From assembly GCF_006345805.1 (NCBI RefSeq), contig NC_043010.1, positions 43,834,001-43,898,000 of the forward strand: a stretch of DNA of 64,000 nt, in the 5' to 3' direction. The position numbers were made by a program, and so were the translations under genes. The notes below the pieces were generated by a model that did not search any database, was not told the DNA's origin, and was given only the letters and a program-made list of their open reading frames with translations. Source of the DNA: Octopus sinensis (taxonomy: Eukaryota). Below, piece after piece: positions 38,736-50,094 of the stretch (the stretch's first letter is position 1; the number at the start of each line of letters is the position of its first letter).

Positions 38736-38843
38736 GTATATTTGAAGTATTAATTTATAAAAATATGGTAAAGTAAAAAAATTCACGGTAAAGTGAATTT
38801 TTTTACTTTACCATATTTTTATAAATTAATACTTCAAATATAC
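38736..38843. repeat. Perfect 51-bp-stem hairpin (6-nt loop)
   Basis: 38736-38786 is the exact reverse complement of 38793-38843; loop GGTAAA. Confidence 0.9.
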
Positions 38844-39046
38844 CGTGTATGTATATATATGTATGTATTATGTATATATATGTGTATATATATATGTATT
38901 GTATATATATGTGTATATATATATGTGTATATATATATATGTGTATATATATATGTGTGTATATATATATGTATGTATATATATGTATATGTATGTATAT
39001 ATATATGTATATATGTGTGTATATATATGTGTATATATATATATGC

Positions 39047-39592
39047 TGTGCGTGAGAAGACCCGGCAGGACAAGTGAGACCATAACCTGTGGCCTCTACC
39101 TGGGATGTAGCCAGTCCACTTATGCATACCTTTCCTTCTTGGGACACAAAACTCTACTTGTGAAGACCTGTTGAGGCAAGTGAAAATCAAAATCAATCAA
39201 CATCAATGTAAATTGCAGCTGTGATACCAGTGCCAGTGATACGTAAGAGAACCATCCAAACGTGGCTGTTGCCAGCGCCGCCCCGACTGGCCTCGTGCCG
39301 TGGCACGTAAAAAGCACCGTCCGATCGTGGCCGTTGCCAGCCTCACCTGGCCCCCATGCCAGTGGGACGTAAAAAGCATCATCTGATTGTGGCGTTTGCC
39401 AGCCTCGTCTGGCACCTAAAAAGCACCCACTACACTCACGGAGTGGTTGGCGTTAGGAAGGGCATCCAGCCGTAGAAACGTTACCAGATCAGACTGGGCC
39501 TGGTGCAGCCTTCTGGCTTCCCAGACCCCAGTTGAACCATCCAACCCATGCTAGCATGGAAAGCGGACGCTAAATGATGACGATGATGATGA
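39047..39592 (+). mobile_element. RTE 3' UTR copy with ~4 hairpin modules
   Basis: Homologous to 33280-33742 and 44560-45162; (GAT)n tail. Confidence 0.8.
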
Positions 39593-39750
39593 TTTATATG
39601 CATATATTTATGTTTGTATGTATGTATATATTTGTATGTATGTATATATTTATGTGTGTGTATATATATATATATGTATATAAGAATTGTTTTGCATAAT
39701 AAGATAAAAAACCAAGGCTATATAGATATTAGAGCATTTATGGATAAAAG

Positions 39751-39801
39751 GTCTTACAGCTGTTTCTAGGATATTAATTAATAATATCCTTCATCGGAGA
39801 G
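39751..39801 (-). ncRNA. Minimal hammerhead motif, U4C variant (second copy of the 16271 family)
   Basis: ctct CCGATGA AGGATATTATTAATTAATATCCTA GAAA CAGCTG TA AGAC. Flanks (~160 bp) match 16240-16385. Confidence 0.7.
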
Positions 39802-39834
39802 GGTGTGAGAGGAAAAATTAAGTCACAGTTAGTT

Positions 39835-39890
39835 TCGATATGTATATGTATATTTATATGTATATATATATATGTGTATATATATGTATA

Positions 39891-39928
<38 letters not shown>

Positions 39929-40250
39929 ATATATATGTATATATATCTGTGTGTATATATATGTGATATATATGTATATATATCTGTGTGTATATATATG
40001 TATATATATCTGTGTGTATATATGTATTTATATCTGTGTGTATATATAGTATATATACTGTGTGTATATATATGTATATATATCTGTGTGTATATATATG
40101 TATATATATATGTGTATATATAGTATATATATCTGTGTGTATGTATATGTATGTGTATATATATTATAATATATGTATGTATATCTCTATATATAAAATC
40201 TATATATAAAATATGAATTAGAGATAAAACCACTACTATGCAACTCAACA
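39835..40250. repeat. (TA)n/(TG) compound microsatellite
   Basis: Low-complexity tract. Confidence 0.9.
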
Positions 40251-40303
40251 GTGATAGACATAAACCAATACATAAATAACAAATAATATATATATATAAT
40301 TTT

Positions 40304-41228
40304 AAATCTCTGAGCGAGTTATAAACAGTAGCTACAACACATCGTGACGTATATTTTTCATTTAAATATGGCTAACCCCTAAGGGTGGATGCTACTGTAG
40401 TTTGTAGCCCCAGGAGGACTACTCCTCCAGCTGGCTATAGACATACTTTCTTTGCCCTATCAGTATTTACAAAGGGAAGCCATCCTTCCCATCTTCAACT
40501 TATGATACACACAGTCTCGAGTTTCAGGGTATCAACCCGTCATCGGCGTTTGACAATCACAGTTGTCAATGAGAAGTAGGTTCCCTTCACAAATACTTAA
40601 ACCTTTTTCCAGTATCGATAGACACTGATATCGAAAAAGTGTAAACAAGCAATAATAAATCTCAGAGTGAGTTATAAACAGTAGCTACAACACACCATGA
40701 CGTATATTTGCCATTTAAATATGGCTAACCCCTAAGGGTGGATGCTATTGTAGTTTGTAGCCCCAGGAGGACACCTCCTACAGCTGGCTATAGACACACT
40801 TTCTGTGGCCTATCAGTATTTGCAAAGGGAAGCCATCCTTCCCGTTTTCAATATACATCTTCCAATATACGTCACGATGTGTTGTGGCTACTGTTTATAA
40901 CTCGCTCTGAGATTTATTATTGCTTGTTTACACTTTTTCGATATCAGTGTCTATCGATACTGGAAAAAGGTTTAAGTATTTGTGAAGGGAATCTACTTCT
41001 CATCGACAACTGTGATTGTCACACGCCGATGACGGGTCAATACCCAGAAACTCTAGTCTGTGTGTATCATAAGTTGAAGATGAGAAGGATGGCTTCCCTT
41101 TGCAAATACTGATAGGGCACAGAAAGTGTGTCTATAGCCAGCTGGAGGAGGTGTCCTCCTGGGGCTACAAACTACAGTAGCATCCACCCTTAAGGGTTAG
41201 CCATATTTAAATGGCAAATATACGTCAC
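40304..41228. mobile_element. Penelope pseudo-LTR array: 353-bp unit, partial tandem copy and inverted copy
   Basis: Unit 1 at 40304-40656, partial unit 2 at 40657-40845, inverted unit at 40865-41228. Hammerhead motifs at 40508-40552 (-) and 41020-41064 (+). Confidence 0.8.
41020..41064 (+). ncRNA. Minimal type I hammerhead ribozyme, U4C core, sense to the CPEB transcript
   Basis: CACACG CCGATGA CGGGT-CAAT-ACCCA GAAA CTCTA GTC TGTGTG. 6-bp stem I, GUC cleavage triplet at 41056-41058. Confidence 0.75.
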
Positions 41229-41394
41229 ATATATAATTTTATTTTTTTTAAATGTATAACTTATAACTAGATCTCAAAAAGTATAAAATGAATGATAAAT
41301 ATATAATATAATAAGTAAAAATACTACGTACGTTTCATGGCTACAATCAAACTCGAATTACAATTATGTTTAAATTCAATTGAAAAAATTCGAA

Positions 41395-41437
<43 letters not shown>

Positions 41438-41454
41438 GTTTATATTTATACATC

Positions 41455-42400
41455 AAAACCAAGAGGCTACAGGTCAGACACCATATGGCGACACTGATTG
41501 GTTTGAGATTGGAAAAGGCGCTCGGCAAGGTTGCATCCTGTCACCAGCAGCCTTCAACATGTACACTGAAAAGTCATGAGGAATGCAGGCCTGGAGGATA
41601 GCAGCATTGGAGTGAAGACTAGAGGAAGAAATATTAATAACCTTCGCTATGCAGTGATAACAACCCTGCTGCAGAAATAAGAAAATAATAAGGATCTAGA
41701 GATCTTATCCAGCTAGTCAGAAAGAGAGAAATTTGGCTGTACCTCAATGTCAACAGCAGCCACAACAAGCATCAGCATCAAGATCGATAATGAACAAATT
41801 GAAGTGTGGTTGAAGATTTCATCTTCCTTGGCTCCAAATAAATCGAGATGAGATGGTAACTGCACTCCAGAAATAAGGCGGCAGATAGTACTAGGCAGAG
41901 GTGAGGTGATGTCAGCATGAGCAGGTCTGGAAGAGTAGAGACATCAGCCTTGCTACCAAATGCAGACTGGTGAGTGCAATCGTCTTCCCAATAGCAACAT
42001 ATGGATGCGAGACCTGGACACTAAAGAAAGCTGATCAGAAGAGAATTAATGCATTCGAGCTTTGGTGTTGGAGAAGACTTCTATGGATTCCATGGACAGC
42101 GAGGCTCACCAATGGAGAGGTTCTTAACCGGATCAAGCCGAAACTGTTACTAGAAGCTTGGATCACCAAGCATAGATTGGCATATTTTGGTCATATTATG
42201 CGGAGAAAACCCCTGGAGAAGGACATCATGTTCAGAATAGTCAGTGGCAAGAGAGAAAGAGGCCGACCAAGAACCCGCTGGCTTGACACCATTAAGAGTG
42301 ACATGGGAATGGCCATAGCCAATCTGAAAGAGGTGACCCAGGATAGAACTGGCTGGATAACACTGATCCATCGAGTAACCGAGAGTCGACTGAGCGAAGA
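41455..42400 (+). mobile_element. RTE LINE RT C-terminal region
   Basis: QVRTPYGDTDWFEIGKGARQGCILSP, INNLRYA, FPIATYGCETWTLKKAD..FELWCWRRLL..GRPRTRWLD. Confidence 0.9.
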
Positions 42401-42408
42401 TATATCAC

Positions 42409-42705
42409 CGTGACCGACCAGGTTATCAGATGTTGTTACACATCATTGGTCACAATGCGCTTCGGACTGTTTTAGCCTTCAACTGACGCCACCATGCTGG
42501 CTAAGCGAGCAGGCCAACAGAAGAAAGAGTGAGAGAAAGTTGTGGCGAAAGAGTACAGCAGGGATTCCCACCACCCCCTGCCGGAGCCTCGTGGGGCTTT
42601 AGGTGTTTTCACTCAACGAACACTCACAACGCCTGGTCTGGGAATCGAAACCGCGATCCTCCGACCGCGAGTCCGCTGCCCTAACCACTGGGCCATTGCG
42701 CCTCC
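42409..42705 (-). mobile_element. tRNA-derived SINE (family 4)
   Basis: Head GGAGGCGCAATGGCCCAGTGGTTAGGGCAGCGG...GGTTTCGATTCC with A and B boxes. Confidence 0.8.
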
Positions 42706-42719
42706 ATATATATATATGT

Positions 42720-43025
42720 ATGTATATTTAGGGCTAAAAACCACTAGGTGCATAACCATATGCTAGAAGATCACAAAAGATCTAACTACAAAGAAAGAAT
42801 GTTCTCCAGAGAAAATTCAGCGAACACCAGAACATAGACAGGCAAGACATATGAAAATTATATAAAAATCAAGAATTTATTGTATACCGGTTTCGTCTAT
42901 TACTGAATAAATTACGCAATCCCTCGTCCGTAGATTCATCAGTATGATCGTGCCAATATCAATATAATTTGCAAAACTAAACACTAGTTATCCACCTTGT
43001 GGTTTTTAGCCCTAAATATACACAT
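42720..43025 (-). mobile_element. PLE terminal remnant with short inverted ends and a hammerhead motif (42881-42946)
   Basis: tgtatatttagggctaaaaacc is inverted at ~42998-43021. Minus strand has CTGATGA ATCTA..TAGAC GAAA CCG GTA. Confidence 0.6.
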
Positions 43026-43133
43026 GTATTGAAATTTTTTTTGATTTTTTATATTTTTTATATGCTAGGCTACTGGTTTTAAATTGATATTAATTAAATT
43101 AATATTCAATTTATTTCCCTCATTATTTAAATA

Positions 43134-43134
<1 letters not shown>

Positions 43135-43214
<80 letters not shown>

Positions 43215-43570
43215 ATGTGTATTTATATGTATATTTATATATGTATATTTATACGTATATTTATATATGTATATTCATATATATGTATGTATATTTATAT
43301 GCATATATATATGTATATTTATATGCATATATATATTTATATGTATATATATGTATATATATATATATTATATATATATATATATGTATATTTATATGTA
43401 TATATGTATGTATATTTATATGTATATTATATGTATATATGTATGTATATATGTATGTATATTTATATGTATATATGTATGTATATTTATATGTATATAT
43501 GTATGTATATTTATATATTTATATGTATGTATATTTATATGTATATATATATATATATATATATTTATAT
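43135..43570. repeat. (TATC)n/(TA)n compound microsatellite
   Basis: Low-complexity tract. Confidence 0.95.
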
Positions 43571-44354
43571 GCAGTTGAATGAATTATCTTATGGATAATT
43601 CGGTTAACCGATACCTGGGTAGCAAATTCACGTCAGAAAAACACGGTTGAAGCTACATGCCTAGGGCAGAGATTACGTGCTATCGTGTGGGAATTTGTGT
43701 GTTTTTTTAAATACAAATAAATGAAAGAATGGAGTTGAACGGCGAATTAACAAAATTCCTTTATTTTCGACATATGTTTCGAAGGCTGCATATTCCTAAT
43801 TTCGAAGGAAGACAGAGGAAAAATATCGCCAACAGTACACACGCGGTCTCAATGTATATCTATATGAATATGCATTTGTATGTCTGGCTAGCCATGATCT
43901 TTCTGCCTTGGCCTGACTGCCGACCGTCAACACCTCTTGTATCCATCTCCCATGTTCCTGACTTTAGGTTTTCACTTCATACATGCCAGCTCAATTTGAT
44001 TCGTTCTCAGTTGAAAAATGCCTGTTGTTATTTCTTGTTGTTTGTTTTCATAATTGTGTACCATCTTCTCTGGGTTTTTTTGTTTTTGTTTTTTTCTCTT
44101 TGTTGCCGTACACATTCACAAAGGGGTCTAATGGTCTTAGCTCAGACTTTTTTGGGGACAACCAGATCGAACCATCTCAAGTGTAACTGCCTGAAATGGT
44201 TGTGACTTCTGGGACTTGACTGATGAAAGAAAGCCAAGAATGATCCTTTTTTTTTTTGCCTGTCCTTCTAATTCATCTATCTGTCTGAATGTTTCAATGC
44301 CCTCTATTGCATTTTTGTTCCATTTTTATAGTTATATATGTATATATTTATATA

Positions 44355-44408
<54 letters not shown>

Positions 44409-44417
44409 TATATATAT

Positions 44418-45162
44418 GTGTCGATAGCTGTGTGAAAAAGTGCCACACCCTAGCAGTTGGGGGAACCTGTGGAAGAGGTAGACCCAGGAAGACCTGGGAT
44501 GAGGTGGTGAAGCATGACCTTCAAACATTGGGCCTCACCGAGGCACTGACTAGTGACCGGGACCTCTGGAAATATGCTGTGCTGCAGAAGACTTGACAAG
44601 CGCAAGTGTGACCATAACCTTGTGGCCTATGCTAGGGGTGTAACCAGTCCACTTGTGCGTGCCTTTTCTTCATTGCGAAGACCAGTTGAGGCAAGTGAAA
44701 TCGAAGTCGAAATCAAATTCGGTGACTGGCATCTGTTGTTAGTGGAGCGCTAAGAGTACATACGAGTGAGATCGTTGCCAGAGCAACAAGCTGGCCTCCG
44801 TGCCGATGGCATGTTAAGCACACCATTCAAGTGTGATCGTTCCCGTGTCACCTTACCAGCACTTGTGCTGGTGGCATGTGAAATATTCGAGCGAGGTCGT
44901 CGCCAGTGCCACTGGACTGGCTCCTGTGCAGGTGGCACGTAAAAAGCACCATTTGGGCATGGCCATTGCCAGTACCACCAAACTGGCTCTCGTGCATGTA
45001 AAAGCACCCACTACATTCTCGGAGTGTTTGGCGTTAGGAAGGGCATCCAACTGTAGAAACTCTGCCAGATCAGATTGGAGTCTGATTCGCCAGACCTCAG
45101 TCAAATCGTCCAACCCATGCTAGCATGGAAAACAAACGTTAAATGATGATGGTGATGATGAT
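44418..45162 (+). mobile_element. RTE-type LINE 3' end
   Basis: CVKKCHTLAVGGTCGRGRPRKTWDEVVKHDLQTLGLTEALTSDRDLWKYAV, then module array and tail. Confidence 0.85.
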
Positions 45163-45390
45163 ATTTACAAAGTATGGGGGTTTAGTTCACAGGTGATCTA
45201 AACGATTAGGTATGCTAGGCAAGTGCTGTAACAGATTATTTGGGCTCCAAGGTTATAGCCAAGATGGTAGTTATGAAGCCATTTTAGATTTCTGATGCTG
45301 TGGATATATAATTGTTAAACAGAACATCAAACATTAAGGAAGGCAAACATCTCAAGTCATATACAATATTATTACAAGAAGAAATTCAAA

Positions 45391-45447
45391 ATCTGACAGC
45401 TGTTTCTGGGATATCCCCGAGTATTGGATATTCCTTCATCAGAGACA
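45391..45447 (-). ncRNA. Minimal type I hammerhead ribozyme, canonical core
   Basis: GTCT CTGATGA AGGAATATCC-loop-GGATATCCCA GAAA CAGCTG TC AGAT. GUC triplet, palindromic stem III. Confidence 0.75.
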
Positions 45448-46029
45448 GATTGGGGGAAAAATATGGCAATTGAGAATGGTATATATCAATAAGATGACAA
45501 AATAGAGGAAGGGAGTAAAAGAATAAGGAGAAGGAAAGAGAAAAGAAAAAAGAAGCATGAAAGATCATAGTTCAACTTTCCGAACTTACAGAAACCAAAG
45601 CACGAGTCCTTAGGCGTCCTTTCGTCAGAGCACATAGTAAAACCACTGAGAATGAGGGACCCCTAGATGTTGTCACACCATCTGTTTAGGAGAGGGACAC
45701 CAATGTAAAACCTGCAGGTTCACATGATTACTGGTCATCTTGCTTTGGCCTGACACTAGGTAATAACCATGGAGTCTCAGAGGGCAGTACTCATGTTGTA
45801 CAAGCATTTATCACAATCTAATGACATACATATATCTCTTTACAGTGACCGCATTCGTCATCTTGTCTTACAACTTACGTCTATTACCTATGCTTCAAAG
45901 TATAGGGATATCAGGAGGAAGGTTTTTGATTTTGAAGGGTAGAAATATACACTCTCAAGCTGGGTAAACTTGCAGGTTGCTTATTTTCAGTACTGCAGAA
46001 CTAGTCATCTGATTGGATGAACCTCATAA

Positions 46030-46245
46030 TATTGCTTTCAAATTTTGGCACAAGGCTAGCAATTTTAAGTGAGTGGTTAAGTTGATTACATTAACCCCAG
46101 TGTTCAGCTAGAACTTATTTATCGACTCCAAAAGGATGAAAGGCAAAGTCGACTTTGGGTGAATTTGAACTTAGAACGTAAGGACAAATGAAATGCAACT
46201 AAGCATTTTACCCAGCATGCTAATGATTCTGTCAGCTCACTGCTT
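46030..46245 (-). mobile_element. SINE family 1, decayed
   Basis: aaaggatgaaaggcaaagtcgac..gaatttgaact matches 3324-3556. Confidence 0.75.
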
Positions 46246-46600
46246 TTATAGTCCTAATATTGGAGTTGATGGTATCAAGAATATGCTTACAGTATATTAC
46301 TTTGCTCTTAAAGGGCTTCATCAGCCTGCATTTAAGATCAGAGAGGAAGTTAGGTTTATAGTCCTTAAGTATGATATAGGGATGGTGTGGCGAGGTGGTG
46401 ACATGATCCTCTATATTTAGAAAAGTGGCTAGCTCTTTCACTTTAGTATTTATACTGTTGTATATAGAAATATTGGTTTTGTTGTATATTTTGGTGATTG
46501 TACTTTTAAGTCTTTTGTGTTCTTTTTGGTGATGGAAAATGTGTGAGTAAATATACATGAAACATTTTTTTAAATAAACCCTTAGAAAATCTCCACAAAC
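46245..46600 (-). mobile_element. Naiad-type PLE RT N-terminal fragment
   Basis: KELATFLNIEDHV..PYIILKDYKPNFLSDLKCRLMKP. Confidence 0.7.
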
Positions 46601-48114
46601 ACACACACACACACACACACACACTTTACATTATGTATATGAGTGTTTTTATTCTACTTAAATTTGAGAGATTATACTTCACAATTTGATAATCTTGTGT
46701 TCCAGAGATAGGTTAGCTGTTATTATTGCAGCTGTAAACTTTTGTTCAGCTGTTTGTGATTATAATAACCTCACCTTTTTTCCTGTCAGGTGAATGAGAC
46801 TATGACTAAGCCATTTGATTGGCTGTTTTTTTATAATACTCTTACTAAAGGTGTTTTCTCTTCTGATTTTTGCTGGATTGAATATTGGCATAATTGATTT
46901 TGTTACCTGTGCAGTTTGATAGCCTGATGATGTGATGCACATTTGTAATACACATAATTGCACATGTAATCCATAAAATACTCTGCTACAGAAACATGTG
47001 GAGCATGAAGTGAACTGTCACTTTCCTTCTTGTTAACTTTATTGTAGTTACTGCTTGCAATAAGCGAATTAGGTTACTTCTAGAATTGGAGTTGTGAAGT
47101 TCCTGTTTCATGTTCAGAATTGTTCCAATTTTGTAACAGAAGAATGGAATATAGTTATCGGTCAATCTATTAATTCATCTTGTAGTGTTCCCTTGGAGTA
47201 TTTTATTAGCTACCTATCTTATGACCACAATCATTATGATCCCTACTATCTAATACGTACATACATACAGGCTGTGTCCCAAGTTCATTGTAACAGTGCC
47301 CATGTATTTGACTAGGTTTTCTTATTAAACTTATTTTCTTGGTAACATGCAAATTCTGAACAGTACTTTGAATATTTTTGAAATTTTTCCAGTCTGTGTA
47401 ATATTTATTCTCTAAGATGTTCATGTATTTTAATCATCATCTAAATTACATTTTCAGTTTCTAGCATTTTCTGTAGCATCAGATATTCTTTGATATCCCA
47501 ACTGGAATTGGTACTCATATGCAGGATAGTTCATGATAGTAATTTAAGCTACATTTTATATGGTTATAAGCTTTTCTTTCTTGGTTATCACAATAATAAA
47601 TTTAGTTAAGAACATTAGTAAGTTTGAATGTACATTGTTAATTCAATACTTGTTGTGTGTTACAAAGAAATTTAGGTTGTCTTCTATGATTGGAACTTCA
47701 AATTGAGCTGTCACAGTGCAGAGCGTGAGAAAGCTCTTTAATCTTATTGGGGGCAAGACAACCTCTATAACATTCAGTACCATGAAAACAATATGACCAG
47801 TACACTCTGTAAGGTGGTTGGTGTTAAGAAGGGCATCCGGCTGAAGAAACCTTGTGAAAACTGAGATACTGGAACAAGACTGGTAGTCTCTCCTGTTAGA
47901 TCCTGTCAAATCATCCAGCACTCTTTCTCTTCGATTATTTTACTGTAGTTCTCGCAATTAAATATTTCATAACTTGTATGCTATTTGGTGTAGTTGAAGA
48001 CTAGATGAAAACATGACACATCTTGTATATCAGTTTGTGGATTGGTCATAATAAAGTTACTTAAGCAAAGGTGGCTGAATTACTCAATACAGTCTTTATT
48101 CAGTAGTGTTCATT

Positions 48115-49535
48115 AGGTTCTAGGTAAATTCCACTACGGAAAATTCCACCAGGTAAATTTCACCATAGGTAAATTCCACCATGATAAATTCAACCTATAG
48201 ACAGACTTCCAATATAAGCTGCTTCTACTAATAATCACTGTGGTTAGTTTCTCTAGACTGTGGATCAATACCTGGTCTTATGTCCTTTTCCCTCCTAGAA
48301 GTATATGCTTCCGCGCTTTTCCACTTTCAGGTACTCTCCCCTATTGTACTCCTCAATCTTCTCCTTGAGTGCTGTGCTTATAACACTGAGGACTTGGTTG
48401 TGACGCCATGTATATCTGTCCAGTGCCAGCCTGCAGTTTGACAGGACATGTCTCATCGTCGCCTTTCTCTCTGCATTTACATTCATCAGCCGTTTGTATG
48501 TTCCACTGGACTAAGTTGACCGGTGATGGCAAAACGTCAAAGGTGGGCTTGATCAGGAAGGATGTTCTTGCTTATTCCCAAGCCCAAGTTCTTTCCATGT
48601 GATTTTGCAACTGACCACATATTCTTCCCATCTTAGGCACTGTCCCTGTTGACTACACTGCACCAAATGTACATTTCGTCTTTCTTTTTCCCCTTTGAGA
48701 CCATTTCATCCCAAGTCATTATTTTAACCTTATATCCATTTATCTGTTTAATTTCTTTAGCAAGTGTATTATACTTTTGTATTTTTGTCATTTCGACTTT
48801 ATTCAGTTTCTTGTCGATGTTACTCCAATTTTGATTATTATTGTTTCTTTCTTTTGTGGTCAAATATTCTAAAATCGGGTTTATTGTTTTCTATATTGTT
48901 TGGTGTTATTACTAGGCTATCTACTAAAATCTTAACCATTTCAGTTGTTATCTTTTCTATTTGATTTTCTGATTTTCTGGTTTTTTGATGTTATATTGCT
49001 GTAGTAGGTTTGCAACGATTATCTTGGTTATATCATCATATCGTCGTCTCTCTCTTTATATTTCGTGTGTGCTATTTTTCCACATTGTATTGCCATATGT
49101 TCGATATTTCCATTGTGTTTTACAATATCTGCATGTCTTTTTCTTTCCATAATAGTTGTTTCTGTCTTGTAAATACTGTATGATATTTTTATCTATCATG
49201 AAGTATTTGCTTTTAGAAATTTCAATGATTCTCTTTTTGATACTGCTTTCTCATTCAGGTGTTTAAAGTATTCACTGTGTATTTCTTTGTGTGGTTGTTC
49301 CTTTAATTATTTTTCCTTCCTCGTATTTTTTGTATTCATTGACATTATTGATATTATTTTTTATGCATTCTTTTTTTTATTTCCATAATATCGTAACTCA
49401 TATAATATAATAATAATAATAATGATGATGATAACAATAATGATAATTTCATCTATGGTGAAATTTACCTTGGTGGAATTTACCTCTGGTGAAATTTACC
49501 TGGTATAATTTTCCATGGTGGAATTTACCAGTCAC
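48115..49535. mobile_element. Non-autonomous TIR element (MULE- or hAT-like) carrying R4-like and HERO-like non-LTR retrotransposon fragments
   Basis: TSD tgttcatt at 48107-48114 and 49536-49543. Inverted subterminal arrays of GGTAAATT(C/T)CACC. Interior minus strand has an R4-like RLE region (NNKPDFRIFD..KIQKYNTLAKEIK) fused to HERO-like FLIKPTFDVLPSPVNL..HVLSNC..RYTWRHNQVL. Confidence 0.65.
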
Positions 49536-49667
49536 TGTTCATTTTATGATTCAAGTCACTTTCATTCAAATTATATTATTTAATTTCAAGTTTCATTCAA
49601 ATTGATAATACCAGATGATTTTTTAAAAATTGTTTTCATCTTTCTCCTTTTCTCTTTCTTAAATTAG

Positions 49668-49731
49668 ATGCTGCTGGCTGCAAAATAAACTATACAACCA
49701 GAAGAAATTTGAAAAACTTAGCCACCTCATG
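49668..49731 (+). other. Putative small 5' UTR exon of CPEB containing a uORF (MLLAAK*)
   Basis: Long polypyrimidine acceptor tctttctccttttctctttcttaaattag|ATG. Donor CATG|GTGAGA at 49731/49732. Next acceptor atactattttcag at 50083. Confidence 0.45.
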
Positions 49732-50094
49732 GTGAGACAAGAACTTTTTCCTGCTTCTGTCTTTCTAGATGCTCTTTAAGTAACCTTAACTGATACCAGC
49801 AATGATTTTTCTTATCCTGACTTAGTTTTTTTTTTTTTTTCCGAAGTAATTGTTGCTTTTTTTTTTTTTGGCAATGACAAAGAAAATCAAAACAAGACAA
49901 TTAAATATTTGTTTGTTTCATTTTAAAGCTGACTGCTGGATAACTGAAAAGAAGTTAAAGGACACATACACACACAGAGACTAATTAGGGTTGAGAAAAG
50001 TGCTAAAGTACTTTGTATCTGTTTAGAAGTGTCAATAGTTTATTTTGTAAAGCTAAGGACATCAACCAATATACTATTTTCAGTTTACAATAAA

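Noticed and set aside
39230-39430. CRISPR-like repeat-spacer appearance of the GGCACGTAAAAAGCACC arrays
   Set aside because: The intervening segments are homologous to each other, the array is embedded in an RTE 3' UTR, the context is eukaryotic and there are no cas genes.
42630-42705. tRNA gene
   Set aside because: A tRNA-like head continuing into a SINE body, with no complete acceptor stem or terminator. The same applies to the heads at 60610-60681 and 19322-19385.
50029-50094. ORF-track start at GTG 50029 and read-through to 51972
   Set aside because: The 5' extension overlaps a splice acceptor (50083) and the 3' extension is intron after the GTAAGT donor. ATG 50095 is more plausible.
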